From Squalus acanthias (Eukaryota), in assembly GCA_030390025.1 (NCBI GenBank), contig JASTWF010000034.1:2604001-2668000 (forward strand): a DNA stretch of 64,000 nt, read 5' to 3'. A program made the position numbers and the translations under genes. Position 1 is the first letter of the stretch; each line of letters starts with the position of its first letter. This document shows positions 23,030 to 36,469 of the stretch, piece after piece. A model generated the notes under the pieces. The model saw nothing but the letters and a program-made list of their open reading frames with translations. It had not been told where the DNA came from and ran no database searches.

Positions 23030-24310
23030 TGACCAAGATCAGGCCGTGTGGAGTCAAAGGCCAGGTCGCAGAATGTATGGAAAGATAGCTACAAACTTCC
23101 CTTAACTCCAACCCTCTGATTTCTGTTTTGTAGCCATCTCTCCATCCATTCTGCTGCCTGGGACTTCACTCCAAACGATCTGACCTTGGTCATCTTGTAG
23201 ATTGTACATAGTGTTATTGATAACAAGCTAATTACAAAACAGAAAAGAGAGAGTAGCTACTCAGACGGGCAAAAGGTGGGAAGTGGTGTTCCACAAGGAT
23301 CGATGCTGGGACCACTGCTGTTCACAACTTACATAAACGGTTTGGACTCAGTAATCGGAAGCACGATGTCAAAATTCGTCGATGACACCAGTTTTGGCGA
23401 TAGAGTTAATACTGAGGAAGACTGACAAAATGCAAGCCACTAATAAACTTGCGGAATGTGAGTGTAATTGGCAAATGAATTTCAATATAGATAAGTGTGA
23501 GATGGTGCCATTTGTTAGGAAGAATAAGGAGGCCACAGACTGCTTGGGAAATAAGTGTCTAAATGTGGTAGAGGAGCAAAGGGATTGAGGCGGACAGATA
23601 TACAAATCACTTAAAGTAGCAACGCAGATTAATAAGGCCATAAAAATAAAACAAAGCGCGGGGGTTCATTCCAGAGGATAGAAATGAAAAGCAGATAATT
23701 ATGTTAAATTTGTATAGGCCCTTGTTTAGACTACATCAGGAGTATTGTAAACAGCTCTGGTCTCCATATTATAAGAAGAATAAAGAGGCACTGGAGAAGG
23801 TGCAAAAAAGTCTTCAAAGGATGATACCAGGACTGAGAGGATATACTTATCAGGAAAGGCTGAACAGGCTGGCTCACTTTGTCTGGTAAAAAGAGAAGGC
23901 TGATGGGTGACCTGATAGAGGTCTTTAAGATTATGAAATGTTTACAAAGGGTTGTCCTGGAGAAAATGTTTCCACTTGTAGGAGTACAAAACTGGAGATC
24001 ATAAATATAAGATGGTTACTAATAAATCCAATAGGGAATTCAGGAGAAACTTCTTCACCAAGAGAGAGGTGAGAATGTGGAACTCACGACCACAAGGAGT
24101 AGTTGAGGCGAATAGTATAGATGCATTTAGGAGAAGCTAGATAAACACATGAGGGAGAATAAAATATAAGGTTATGCTAATAGGGTTAGATGAAGAATTG
24201 TGGGAGGAGGCTGGTGTGGAGCACAAACACCGGCACAGACCAGTTGAACTGAATGGCCTGTTCCTGTGCTGTAGACTCGATGTAACACTATGTAACTCCG
24301 TGTAACTATG
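23030..24310 (+). mobile_element. CR1 LINE RT and 3' end, decayed
   Basis: SGVPQGSMLGPLLF, SKFVDD and YQERLNRL remnants; tail (TGTAAC)n. Confidence 0.85.
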
Positions 24311-24839
24311 TTTCCTGACGCAGCTGGAAAAGCTTTAGCTATTATTACCACAATTGTGCACCATTTTCTTTTCCAAAGATCTTTCGCTTCTCTAATGACT
24401 TTTTGTCTCCCTCAATTGAGGGTGATATTTTACACTATTCTCCTGTAAACCGAATCCATCTTGATCTGAACTGGGTTCAATGTTAGACAGTTCGGGGAGT
24501 CAGGAATCAATCACCCCTTGAACTACGCTGGCAGGTAAAACTCCAGACGGCTCCATAGTGAGGATTCCTCTGGTTCGTCGTCATATATTTGTCAGGATAC
24601 CGAACCCCAGCTTTCTTACAGTCCACTCTTGGAGGCCCCACTCTCTGAGCCCACAACCTTCAGCAGGGTCAGTGGTGGAGTTCCGCAGCGGGAGTGATCC
24701 CAGAGTAATTGTCGGGATCGCACTCCTGTGGATGTTCCGCGTCGTGTATTTTTAATAATCCTGGTGTCTAACGTACCCATATCAATAAAGCAGAACATTC
24801 CAGGAAACACACTGCAGGCCCTTCTTCATCTGGAGATCA

Positions 24840-26062
24840 AGGGCTGGATTTTTCTCACCGAGACGCGTTGGGGGAGATATTGCTGGCTTCCGGGTTCTAG
24901 TCCCGCCCCCAGCGACGTCCGATGCACGGACGAAATTTTCCCCTGATTGGCACGGTTAAACCCGCCCTGAGGGCTTGCTGGCCAATTAAGGGAAAGCCGG
25001 TGTCAGATGACGTCAGTGGATGACGCTTCATCTGCCGGTTTTCTTAAAGGCACATGAACCATAACTTATTGACAGATGATTTGACAGTGTTTGACAGCAT
25101 TGAGGTGCTGTCAAACACTGGCAGTAACTGTACAAAGGTGAGCCCTTGGACCCAGGGTCTCCAGCGACACTCTCCTTGGGATGAAACAGATGGCAGCTGC
25201 AGGTAAGGGTACAGAAGCGATCTGTTTTACTCTCCCATTGAGGTGAGGCCAAACAAATACTTCAAAGCTTGTCACCTACAGATAAATCTAAACACATTAA
25301 AATGGCTTTCCCAACATTTCCTTACCTCTGATACTAACCAGTCTCCCATTGCATCCTTCACACCATTTCTGCAGCTGTCATCTATACACCAACATGACAA
25401 CAGACCCACAGCAAGCCTCACTTACTGTGGTGGGGTTCCCTGAGGTCGGGAAGCCCGCAGTAGCGGTCGAAAAATTGGAAAAGCCTCTTAACTGCCTGTT
25501 AACTACCTGTACATCAAATCTGCTGCAAAGAACAATGGAAAGGTCCAGGGAAAGAGCTCAGAGTGCAAACCCCATAATCTCTTCTAAATCGATGCAAGGA
25601 AGGTGAAATAAAAATTAGCCTGCAAAGTGCTGCTCAGCACTCAAACCTCCTCCACACAGCGTTTAATCTCTCCAGAAGTCTCTCTCTCTCTCAGAATGCG
25701 TGGTGCAAAAATGTCGCCGACAAAAAAAGGCAGGAAGCGGTCGCCTTTAAAAAGCGCTTCCCCAGTCCCTTCGCGACTGCAACACGCTCCCCTCAACCTG
25801 TCATTGCTAGTGGCAGGCGGTAAGGCAGGGGTGCCACTCAATATCTGGTCCATAGCGCGACGTGCGCGTTGCACGCTCGACTGGTGTCACGATCTGCGGG
25901 CAAAGGTGATCGTGGCGGTAGTGTTTAGCACCGCCGCATAATGTCTGGTCAATTTCGCGAGCGGCGCAATCATCGCCGCACCCGGGCGCAAGTTGCTTTG
26001 CACCTCATTAACGCCCTCTCATGGCGTTAACGGGAGGTGCAAAGCAACTAAATTTCTCCCTC
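24840..26062 (+). mobile_element. Diverged relative of the 19939/44929 MITE family
   Basis: 25520-26060 aligns with 20260-20809 (AAAGAACAATGGA...AAAGAGCTCAGAGTGCA; GGCGTTAACGGGAGG.GCAA). Ends are GGGCTGGATTTT...AAATTTCTCCC. Confidence 0.65.
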
Positions 26063-26319
26063 TAAAAGTTCAATCGGGATTTCTTTTGTCAAGGAAACAT
26101 TTATAAGTGGTCTGGAAAGAATAGATAGAGAGAAACTGTTCCCATTGGCAGATGGGTCGAGAACCAGTGGACACAGATTTAAGTTGATTGGCAGAAGGTT
26201 CAGAGGCGACATGTGGAACAAGGTTTTTATGCTGCAAGTGGTTATGATCTGTTTAACATTTGTCAGTATTTTCTTTTCCTAGAGTTCCTATTATGAGTTT
26301 CAGACACTTCAGTGCCAAG

Positions 26320-27720
26320 TGGACTATAGAATGATTACAGCACAGAAGGAGGCCATTCGGCCCGTCGAGCACGTGCCGGCTCTCTGAATGGCCACTTCAG
26401 CTGATCCCACTCCCCCAGCCCTTTCCCTATAGCCCAGCATTTTATTTCCTTCAGGTACTTATCCAACTCCCTTTTAAAAGCCCTGGTTCAGTCTATCAGC
26501 ACCACCCTTTCAGGCAGTGCATTCCAGATCATAACCACTTGCAACGTAAGCAAGTTTTTCCACATGTTGCCTCTGAACCTTCTGTCAATCACCTTAAATC
26601 TGTGCCCTCTGGTTCACGACCCATCTAACAATGGGAACAGTTTCTCTCTGTCTATTCTGTCCAGACCCCTCGTAATTTTGAATACCTCTATACAATCTCC
26701 TCTCAAACTTCTCTGCTCAAAGCAGAACAACCTCAGCTTCGCCAGTCTATCCACATAAATGAAGTCCCTCATCCCTGGAATTATTCTCGTAAATCTTTTC
26801 TGCACCCTCTCTGAGACATTTTCATCCTTCCTAATGTGCAGTATTCATAATTGGACACAATAATCCAGTTGAGGCCGAATCAGTGTTTTACAAAGGTTCA
26901 TCATAAAGCATTTGTACTCTATGTCTATATTTATGAAGCCCAGGATCCCGTATGCTTTTTTAAACGCTTTCTCAGCCTGCCCTGCCACCTTCAACAATAA
27001 TGCACATAGACTCGCAGGTCTCCCTGTTCATGCACCCCCTTTAGAATTGTGCCCTTCAGTTTATATTGCCTCGCCTCGTTCTTCGTACCAAAATGTATCA
27101 CATCGCACTTTTTTGTGTTAAATTTCATCTGCCATACGTCTGCCCATTTCACCAACCTGTCTATGTCCTCTTGAAGTCTATCACTATCCTCCTCACTGTT
27201 CACAATAATTCCAAGTTTTGTGTCATCTGCAAATTTTGAAATTGTAACCTGTACACCCAAGTCCAAGTCCTTAATATATTTAAAAGAAAAGCAGTGGTCC
27301 TAGTGTCGACCCCTGTGCGAAAAACAACCGTTCAGCACTACTCTCTGTTCTGACGGAGGGTCATCGACCTCAAATTTTAAATCTGTTTCTCTCTCTACGG
27401 ATGCTGCCTAACCTGCTGAGTATTTCAAGCATTTTCTGTTTTTATCTCTGTTTCCTGTCACTTAGCCATTTCCGTATCTATGCTGCCACTGTCCCTTTTA
27501 TTCCATGGGCTTCAACTCTGCTGTCAAGTCTATTATGTGGCAAATTATCAAACGCCTTTTGTAAATCCATAGTGACCACATCAACCGCATTGCCCTCAGA
27601 AACCCTCATCAAATAATTCAATCAAATTAGTTCAACACGATTTCCCTTTACCAATCCGTGCTGGCTTGCATTAATTTATCCACACTTGTCCAAACGACTG
27701 TTAATTTTGTCCCGGATCTC
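26320..27720 (-). mobile_element. CR1 LINE RT and 3' end, with a small Penelope fragment at 27349-27445
   Basis: Minus-strand ISKFADDTKLG...WQMKFNTKKCDVIHFG and QKRFTRIIPGMRD. Confidence 0.9.
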
Positions 27721-28184
27721 GACCAGCTGTTTAATGACCATTCATTTCTCTTTTTCCATGTCACAGTTAGTTAAATGTACAGAGTATGATTTCCCCTCAT
27801 TATGCATCTATTTGTGATATTTAGAAGGACAATGTCTCACCTTTCTGCACCTTTAGCAGTTAAAGTAACATCCTTCCTGTTCGTAGTGAGTCACATTCTG
27901 TACTGGGAGGGACGAATGGTGGCTTCTCCATTTAGAATGACCATCCTCTGGTTCAAATCCCTCCATGGCCTCGCCCCTCCCTATCTCTGTGACCTCCCCC
28001 AGCCCTACAACCCTCTTAATAAGGAGAAACTGTTTCCAGTGTCAGAAGGGTTGGTAACCAGAGGACACAGATTTAAGGTAATTGGTGAAAGAGCCAGAGG
28101 TGACATAACGGGAACATTTTTACCCATCCTGCTGTTATGTCCTGGAATGCACTCCCTGAACGAATGTGCCGCTCTCCATGGTTG

Positions 28185-28297
28185 TATGGGCTCACAGCTC
28201 AGAATTACCACTTGGCAAGGTACTGGAGGGCAAACAGTGACAGGGGCTGAACACCACCATCTGGAACACCTTCAGTATAGGCTCACAGCTCAGAATT
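28185..28297. repeat. Tandem unit of about 90 bp, left part of an array split by a CR1
   Basis: GGCTCACAGCT.AGAAT.ACCA..TGGCAAGG.AC.G recurs at 30890-31057. Confidence 0.7.
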
Positions 28298-30865
28298 AGA
28301 AACAAAAAAAATAGGAGCTTGAGTAGGCCATTCAGCCCTTCGAGCCTGCTCTGCCATTCAATATGATCATGGCTCATCCTCTATCTCAATAACATATTCC
28401 CGATCTTTCCCCATACCCCTTGATGCTTTATGTGTCTAGAAATCTATCTATATCCTTCTTAAATATATTCAGTGACTTGGCCTCCACAGCTGTCTATGGT
28501 AGAGAATTCTACAGATTCACCACCTTCATCTCAGTCCTAAATGAGACTGCGAAACCTCGTTCTAGACCCCCGAGCCAGGGGAAACATCCTTCCTGCATCT
28601 AGTCTGTCCAGCCCTGTCAGAATTTAAACGTTTCAATGAGATCCTCTCTCATTCTTCTAAACTCTAATGAATACAGGCCTAGTCGACACAAGCTCTCCTC
28701 ATATGACACACCTGCCATCCCAGGAATCAGTCTTGAGAAGTTCGCTGCACTCTCTCTATGGCAAATATATATTTTCTAAGATAAGGAGACCAAAACTGCA
28801 CACAGTACTCCAGGAGTGGTCTCACCGAGGCCATGTATAACTGTAGTAAGATATCCTTGCTACTGTACTCAAATCCTCTTGCAATGGAGGCCAACATACC
28901 ATTTGCCTTCCTAACTGTTTACTGCACCTGCATGTTTGCTTTCAGTGACTGGTGTACAAGGACACCCAGGTCCCTTTGTACATCAACATTTCCCAATCAA
29001 TTACCAGTTAAATAATACTCTGCCTTTCTGTTTTTCCTACCGAAGTAGTTAACTTCACATTTATCCACGTTATACTGCATCTGCCATGTATTTGCCCACT
29101 CACTCAACTTGTCTAAATCGCCTTGAAGCCTCTTTGCATCCTCCTCACAAATCACAATCCCACCTAGTTTCGTGTCGTCGTCAAACTTGGAAATATTACA
29201 CTTGGTTCCCTCATCCAAATCATTGATATATATTGTGAATATTTGTGATAGCACTGATCCCTGCGGTACCCCACTAGTCACCGCCTGACACCCCCAAAAA
29301 TACCCATTTATACCTTCTCTCTCTTTCCTGTCTGTTAACCAATTTTCAATCCTATGTGCTTAAATTTTGCACTCTATACTCTTACGTGGTACTGGTTCTC
29401 CCTTTTTTATTCTACCAGTTACATCCTCAAAAATCTCTAGTAGGTTTGTCAAACACGATTTCCCTTTCATAAATCCATGCTGACTTTGTCTAATCCCATT
29501 GATATTTTCTAAGTGGTCTGTTATCACATGCTTTATAATAGACTCTAGCATTTTCCCTACTACTGATGTTAGGCTAACCGATCTGTATCTCCGTTTTCTC
29601 GCCCCCTCTTTTTTTAAATAGTGTGGTTACATTTGCCACCCTCCAATCTGCAGGAACTGTTCCTTGATCGGTAGAATTTTGGAAGATGACAATCAATGCA
29701 TCCACTTTTTCCATGGCTACCTCTTTTAGTTCTCTGGGTTGTGGATTATCAGGCCCTGGGGATTTATTGGCTTTCAGTCCCATTAATTTCTCCAGCACTA
29801 TTTCTTTTACTAATACTAATTTCCTTTAATTGCTCCTTCTCTTTGGACCCTTGGTTCCCCAGCATTTCTGGGAAGATATTTGTCTTCTCTTCCTTGAAGT
29901 CAGAAACAAAATATGTGTTTAATTGCTCAGCTCCTTGTTCTGCATTATAAATTCTTCCGTTTCTGGCTGTAAGGGAACTACATTTGTCTTCACTAATCTT
30001 TTACTTTTTACATATTTCTACAAGCTTTTACAATCCGCTTTTATGTTTCTTGCATATTTGCTCTCATACTCTATTTTTCCCCTCTTAATCAAACTCCTGG
30101 TCCAATTTTGCTGAACTCTGAACTGCTCCCAATCCTAAGGCTTGCTACTTTTATCTGGAAACTTTATATGACTCCTCTTTGTATCAAATACTATCCTTAA
30201 TTTCTTTTGTTAGCCATGGTTGTGCCGCTTTTCCTTTTGTGTTTTTGCGCCAGAAAGAATGTATAACTGTTGTAATTCATGCATTCATTCCTTAAATGTT
30301 AGCCATTGCCTATACACCTTTTATCATGCCTTTTTAATGAAGCTCCCCAATCTATCATAGCCAACGCACTCCTCATACAATCGTAGTTTCCTTTGTTTAG
30401 ATTTAGGACCCTAGTTTCAGATTGGACTTCTTAACTTTCTATCTTAATGAAAAATTATATCATGCTATGGTCAGTCTTCCCTAAAGGACACCGCACAACA
30501 AGATTATTAGTTAACCCCTTCTCATTGCACAATAGCCAATCTGGGATAGCCTGTTCCCTAGTTGGCTCCTCAACGTACTTGTCTAAAAAAACATCTCGTA
30601 CACATTCCAGGAATTCATCCTCCACAGTATTATTGCTAATTTGGTTTGGCCAGTCTATATGTAGTTTGAGGTCACTCATGATTGCTGTAGTACCCTTGCT
30701 ACATGCATCTCTAATTTCCTGTTTGATGCCATCCCCTACATTACCACTATATTCTGGAGGCCGATAGACAACTCCCACCTATGTTTTATGCCACTTGGCG
30801 CTTCTTAGTTGCACCCAGACTGATTCTACATCTTGATTTTCTGAGCCAATATTCTTCCTCACTCG
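28297..30865 (-). mobile_element. CR1 LINE with endonuclease and RT remnants and an internal deletion
   Basis: EN: GVVYRPP...YVEEPTREQAIPDWLLCNE...LGKTDH. RT: KSPGPD, QHGFMKGKSCLTNL, SKFDDD. Confidence 0.92.
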
Positions 30866-30889
30866 GCAAGTTATTGTGTCCTCATCCAT

Positions 30890-31057
30890 GAAGACCAATT
30901 GGCAAGGGACTGGAGGACAAACTGAATGGGACTGAACCCCACCATCACGCAGCACCCTCAGTGTAGGCTCACAGCTGAGAATGACCAAATGGCAAGGTAC
31001 AGTATGGCAAACAGTGACTGGGGCTGAACCCGACCATCAAGCAGCACCTTCAGTATA
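30890..31057. repeat. Tandem unit of about 90 bp, right part (two copies)
   Basis: Same unit as 28185-28297. Confidence 0.7.
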
Positions 31058-31184
31058 TTATGGTACAATTATACAACAGACATTTTCTCTCCAGATAAAG
31101 AAGAACCTGCAGCGTTTTTCCAGGAATTCCCTGTTTGATTGATGTGTGCGTGTTGAGGTGGTGGGGAGGGTGGGGGGGGGGGGG

Positions 31185-31960
31185 GAGTGGAGAAGAGAAA
31201 TTCGGCTGCTTTGCGCCTCCCGTTAGCGGCTGCAGAGGGGTAACAGGGCAATAAGCGTTACCGACTGGGCGCAGCGAATTCACCAACGCCCGCGAAATTC
31301 CCTGGTAGTTTTCCACTGGCGCTAACACTTAATACCTCAATCTCTAGCGCCCCGTTATACTGTGACTTCAACGGGTACGCAGCACCCCGTTACTGCCCCG
31401 GATATGATATTCGCTGCCGCCGCCTGCTGCATCACCGGGCGTCAACAACGTCAGCAGCAGGAGGCGTTGTCACCTCGGCTGGCCGCTTGGGGAACGATAA
31501 TTAACGCCACTGGTGGTCGGGTATGCCACACTTTACTCTTAGCAGCAGTCTGGTGCCTGCTGAAAGTTTTTGAATCGTCATTGCTGCGCAATACCTTAGC
31601 TCTCCACTCTCTGAGAGTGATTGGGGCTGTAATGGAAGATTGCGCACTTCCCCTGGCCCCACAGAAGTCAGAAGAAGAATGCTGTAAACCGTCATCGGGC
31701 CTTGCCTTTAATCGAGTGAAGGAACCTCTGATACCGGCAGCACTGCACTGAACATTCTTCAGCGCTCTGCCGTTCCCGCCCCTCCCACACACACTTTAGC
31801 GCTCTAACAGAAGTGGAAGCGCTTGATTTAGAGTTCTCCTTCCCTCTTACAGCGCTAAAGCTGAATTTCCCGGGATGAAAAAAGGATCATTGCCTGGCAA
31901 TAATTTTCTCGCTTTTCAAAAGTTATCGCCCCAAAAGGGGTGCCCTGGAATTTCTAGCCC
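31185..31960 (-). mobile_element. CpG-rich TIR element related to the MITE family
   Basis: The terminus GAAATTCGGCTGCTTTGCGCCTCCCGTTAGCG is the reverse complement of the MITE 3' end. It interrupts the homolog of 24310-24838. Confidence 0.55.
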
Positions 31961-32639
31961 CTCGGATTACTACAACTACACCACCCGGAACATCCACGGG
32001 AGTGCGATCCCGACAGTTTCTCTGGGATCATTCCCGCTCTGGAACTCCACCACTGACCCTGCTGAAGGTTGTAGGCTCGGGGAGTGGGGCCTCCAGGAGA
32101 GGACTGTAAGGAAGCTGGGATTCGGTGTCCTGACAAATATCTGGCGAGGAACCAGAGCACTCCTTACTAAGGAGCCGTCTGGGCTTTTACCTGCCAGTGT
32201 CGGTTTAGGGGTGAATGATTCCTGACTCCCTGAACTGTCTTACATTGAACGCAGTTCAGATCAAGATGGATTCAGTCCACAGGATAATAGGGACAAATAT
32301 CACCCACAACTGAGAGAGACAAAATGAGCCATTAGAGAATCTAAGAGTTCTTTGGAAAGGAAGATGCTGAACAATTGTGGTAATTATAGCAAAAACTTTT
32401 CCAGCGACGTCAGGAGTCAGAAGACCGTTACTAATGGTTTAGGGCCACTGAAAGACAGTTCAGGATAGATTGAAACAGATTCCCAGGCTATGGTCATGCT
32501 GTTAAATGACTATTTAGCATCAGTTTACACTCCTGTGGATGATGCTCAGATTCCAGCTGTGGGATGTGCTGTCGTCAATAACATCCTAAATATTAAAATA
32601 GAATGGGATTGACATCGTGGGTAAAATAGGAAATCTGCA

Positions 32640-34160
32640 AGTTTCTCACCATCTGCCTCTCTCTGTGTCACGCATTATATGTCTCGCTCAAGTCTGTCTC
32701 CATCCGTCTCTCTACCCATCGGTCTGTCTCCCAGCTGGCTCTGTCGTTCTCTCTCTATCTCCCACCTGAGGTCTGTATCTGTCCTCCCCCCGTCTGCTTC
32801 CATTAGTCTCTCAGCCATTGTCGTTCTACCCCCGGTCTGTGTCCCGCTCCTAGTCTCCCGTATGTCTCTCTTACACTGTCTCCCGTGTCTATCTGCCCTG
32901 TCTGTCTCCCACGATCTAACTCTCTCTTTGTCCCACCCCGTTTCCCCCCCCCCTCTCTCTCCTCTATCTGTCTATCTATCTCTGTCTCAAACCCGTCTGA
33001 TTTTTCTGTCTCCCGTCTGCCTCCTACCGTCTGTCTCCTCTATTTCTCTCTCTCTCTGGGTCACCCAGCATCTGTCTGCCCTGCCCCCAGGCGGTCTCCA
33101 TCTGTCTCCCTCCCCGTCGGTCTGTCTCTTCCCATTTTCTATCGCTCTCTCTATATTTCCCACCAGATGTGTCTCTCTCTGTCCCCCTGTTGGTCTCTCT
33201 CTCTCTATCTCCCACCGTATGTCTCTCTTTCTGCCCCCCTATTGATCTCTCTCTCTCTATTTCTCATCGTATGTCTCTCTCTCTGTCCCTCTGTTGATCT
33301 CTTACAATCTATCCCCCACCGTATGTCTCTCTATCTGCTCCCCTATTGATCTCTCTCTCTCTATCTCCCACCGTATGTCTCTCTCTCTCTCTGTCCCGTG
33401 CTGGTCTCTCTCTCTATCTCCCACCGTATGTCTCTCTCTCGGTCCCCTGTTGCTCTCTCTCTCTATCTCCCACCGTATGTCTCTCTCTCTCTGGCCCACT
33501 GATGGTCTCTCTCTCTCTATCTCCCACCGTATGTATCTACCTCTGTCCCTCTGTTGGTCTCTCTCGCTGTATCTCCCATTGTATGTCTCTCTCTCTGTCA
33601 CCCAGTTGGTCTCTCTCTCCATATCTCTCACCGGATGTCTCTCTCACTCTCTGTCCCCGTGTTGATTTCTCTCTCTGTCTCCCACCGAATGACTCTCTCT
33701 CTCTGTCTCTCTGTTGGTCTCTCTCTCTCTATCTCCCACCGTATGTCTCTCTTTCTGTTGGTCTCTCTATCTATCTCCCACCAGATGTCTCCCCAGTTCT
33801 GTATCCGCCGGTGTATCTCCCACGGTCTGTATCCCCCGGTCTTTCTCCTCCGGTCTGTCTCCCCCGATCTGTCTCTCTCTGTCTCCCCTGGTCTGTATCC
33901 CCCGGTCTCTCTCTTCTGGTCCGTCTCCCCAGGTCCGTCTCTCTCTCTCGCCCCCTCACTTGTCTGCCCGGACTCTGTCACGCCGTGTTCTCCCGCCCCT
34001 GCCCCACCACTTTCCTGAACATCTGTCTCCCCCGGTCTGTATCCCCCTCACCTGTCTGCCCCGACTGTGTCACGCTTTCCTTCTAGCCCCCTCCCCAAAC
34101 CCCATCACAGTCCTCACCGTCTGTCTCCCCAGATCTGTCTTCCCTGGTCCGTCTCTCTCC
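32640..34160. repeat. CT-rich low-complexity region with a 45-50 bp minisatellite (CTCTCTATCTCCCACCGTATGTCTCTCTCTCTGTCCC.TGTTGGT)
   Basis: CCCACCGTATGTCTCTCT recurs about 10 times in 33200-33760. Confidence 0.9.
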
Positions 34161-34199
34161 CCCTTTAATGTAGTGCCGGGCCTCCTCTTCCCTGGGCCT

Positions 34200-34600
34200 G
34201 TGTGCTCCCCCTCCCTCCGGACGCTCGCGTCCCGCTGCCTCTCCCCGGCCTCGATTCTGGGAAAGGGGAAACCGCAATGGCGGCCCCGTGGGAGAGAGAG
34301 CCGCCATCTTTGTCCCTGCTGCGGGTGCTGCCATCTTTGTGCTGGGCGGGGGCGGGGGCGGGTTCCGGTGCATTGCTCATTGAGCGGCGCCGCCATCATT
34401 TTCTAGGGCACGGCGGCCGCCATCTTGGTGCGGGCGGGTATTGAGCTGCTTCAGTCGGTTAGGGGCGACCATCTTTTTCTAGGGCACTGCTGCCTTTCCA
34501 GAGGGGCCTGGCAGATGGCCACGCCCCTCTCATTGAGCCCAGAGTTCATCCAGATCACCGGCCCCGCCCGGGGGAGAGCGACTCGCTCACGATATCAGGC
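34200..34600. promoter_or_regulatory. CpG-rich segment with clustered YY1-type (GCCATNTT) motifs and GC boxes
   Basis: GCCGCCATCTT at about 34300 and 34415, GCCATCTTT at about 34330, GCCGCCATCAT at about 34388, AATGGCGGC at about 34276, and GGGCGGGGGCGGGGGCGGG at about 34344. Confidence 0.45.
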
Positions 34601-34637
34601 CCAGGGAGCTCTCAGGCTGCAAAGTCTCTGCTTCTTC

Positions 34638-35539
34638 TCATGATTTAATGAACTTTACAATCAGAGTAAAGGGATATTTCCCCACAATCTTCAACTGCTC
34701 TCTGAACTTAGTCTGGGTCACGGCATAAATCCCAGTGTTTGTGCAGCAACTCAGCAGCTGCAGCATGAATCCCAGTTCTTGTACATAAAAAGGTAGACAT
34801 ACAAGCTCAGACCCCAAATACGACAAGCGGTATGATATAGAATACACCGTAAACACTGCCCATAACAGGATGAAATTGCCCGAGATAACAAGCAGTAAAA
34901 TGATGGATTTCCTGCGGCTCTCCATCTCTGGATCCCTGGTACTCTCCCCACTACTGGGACCTCGGAGTCTCCTGCGGGCTCTGCTGGACACTGAAATGTG
35001 TCTGATGGTGACAGTATTGAGCAGCAGAATCACCACAAATGGGACCCCCGGGGTGAGAATATAATGAAGGAACTCGATTGCTACCCAGAACAGTGAGTAC
35101 ATTACATCGATTGTTACATCACAAAACCAGGGGAGGTTCTGAAGCCAATAGGAATCTGTCATCATGAAATACCAGGTGATATTCTTCAAACCGCTCACCA
35201 CAGTCACTGTTCCCAGAATCACAGCCGCCGTTTTCTCGGTGCAATGTTTAGTTTTCAGCTTCTGGCAACAAATGGCGACAAATCGATCAAAGGTGAAAGT
35301 GACGGTGAACCAGACAGAACAGTCTGTGGCTGAATAAAGCAGGACGGCGTGGATATTACACACGGGGATGGACCTCATGAAATCAAACTGTTCCATATAA
35401 AGAATCGGAATGTGCCTCAATATCAGATCGAGGATAATGACCAGTAGATCCGCCGCTGCCATGGCCACCAGGTAGCGAGTGATACATTTGGAGAGACCGC
35501 ACTTTCCCCGAGACAGGATCACAATCGTCACTAAGTTCA
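34638..35539 (-). CDS. Exon 2 of GPR139/GPR142-like orphan class A GPCR, paralog B (end of TM1 to C-terminus)
   Basis: Acceptor TTTATTTCCTTTCCTCGCAG| then an uninterrupted frame NLVTIVILSRGKCGLSKC..AMAAADLL..FTFDRFVAIC..TPGVPF..SGNFILLW..SCCTNTGIY, with TGA at 34638-34640. Splices in phase to the exon at 47700-47880. Confidence 0.93.
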
Positions 35540-36469
35540 CTGCGAGGAAAGGAAATAAACAGCAAAATTATACATCAGGCTGGGAGCAAAAGCAGTAGTT
35601 CGATGGAATCCGGGGAGAAATCTACAACTCATTAGCGACATTCAATAATCTAATTTAATTCTATTACCTGTGGAGCAGAATACAGGGTTTATTGTAAGAA
35701 AAGTTGATAATACATTGTGGAATCAATAAATGAAATGGGGATAAATCCAACATGAAAGTAACAGATGTTTGATCAATGAGAGATTAAGTGATCGATCTAT
35801 ATTTAGCCCAGCAGACAAAAGCACCGCCCGAGGTACCAGGGACACAAAGGACCAGACCTTTTTTGGAAGCCTTTGTGTCCCAGGATCAGTCAGCATTTGG
35901 AGCGATGCATTTCGCTTCTGTGCCCCAGTGTTGGGGGAGCGGGAAATAACGCTTTTATTCCTGCTCCTGGTTAGAATATCCATTATAGTTACAACTGAAA
36001 ATTAATGCAACAGCAAAGTACAGAAACTGCAACCTTGGCAAGCAATAATTGTATTGAAATCTGGCTTAAGGGAAATTTTGTGAGAATGTAAATTATCCTT
36101 GGAGTCCTTTTCTCACCATCAGAACCAGGGCCACCAATGCAGTACTGGAGATGGTGGGAAAGAAGACACTGACTGGAACTGAATTATTAGCGGATGTTTC
36201 ACCCGCCCATAAAATACACAGTACAGAACAGAGTTTCTCTTCCTATAAGGAACTAAAACTGAGATCAAAAGACAAGAATGTGACGGAAAAAAGGAAGGAA
36301 TTATGTAAGAAAAATGATGGATGGCCCCAAACTTGTTCTCAGATTTATTCCATCCAAGACTATTAGGGTAAAAATATTAACAACAAATAAATGGTCCTGA
36401 ACGGTAGCATCTGAGAGATGAACACAGTGATGAAACGATGTTACTCGCTTACATGGTAATGCGCCCGCC

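Noticed and set aside
32679..34444. Long Ser/Leu/Pro-rich and Arg/Glu-rich ORFs
   Set aside because: CT/GA low-complexity DNA lacks stop codons by composition; no domain signal.
35538..35540. Single-exon GPCR starting at the ORF-track 'M' (GTG at 35540)
   Set aside because: That G is the last base of the acceptor AG, TM1 would be incomplete, and the exon at 47700-47880 supplies it in phase.
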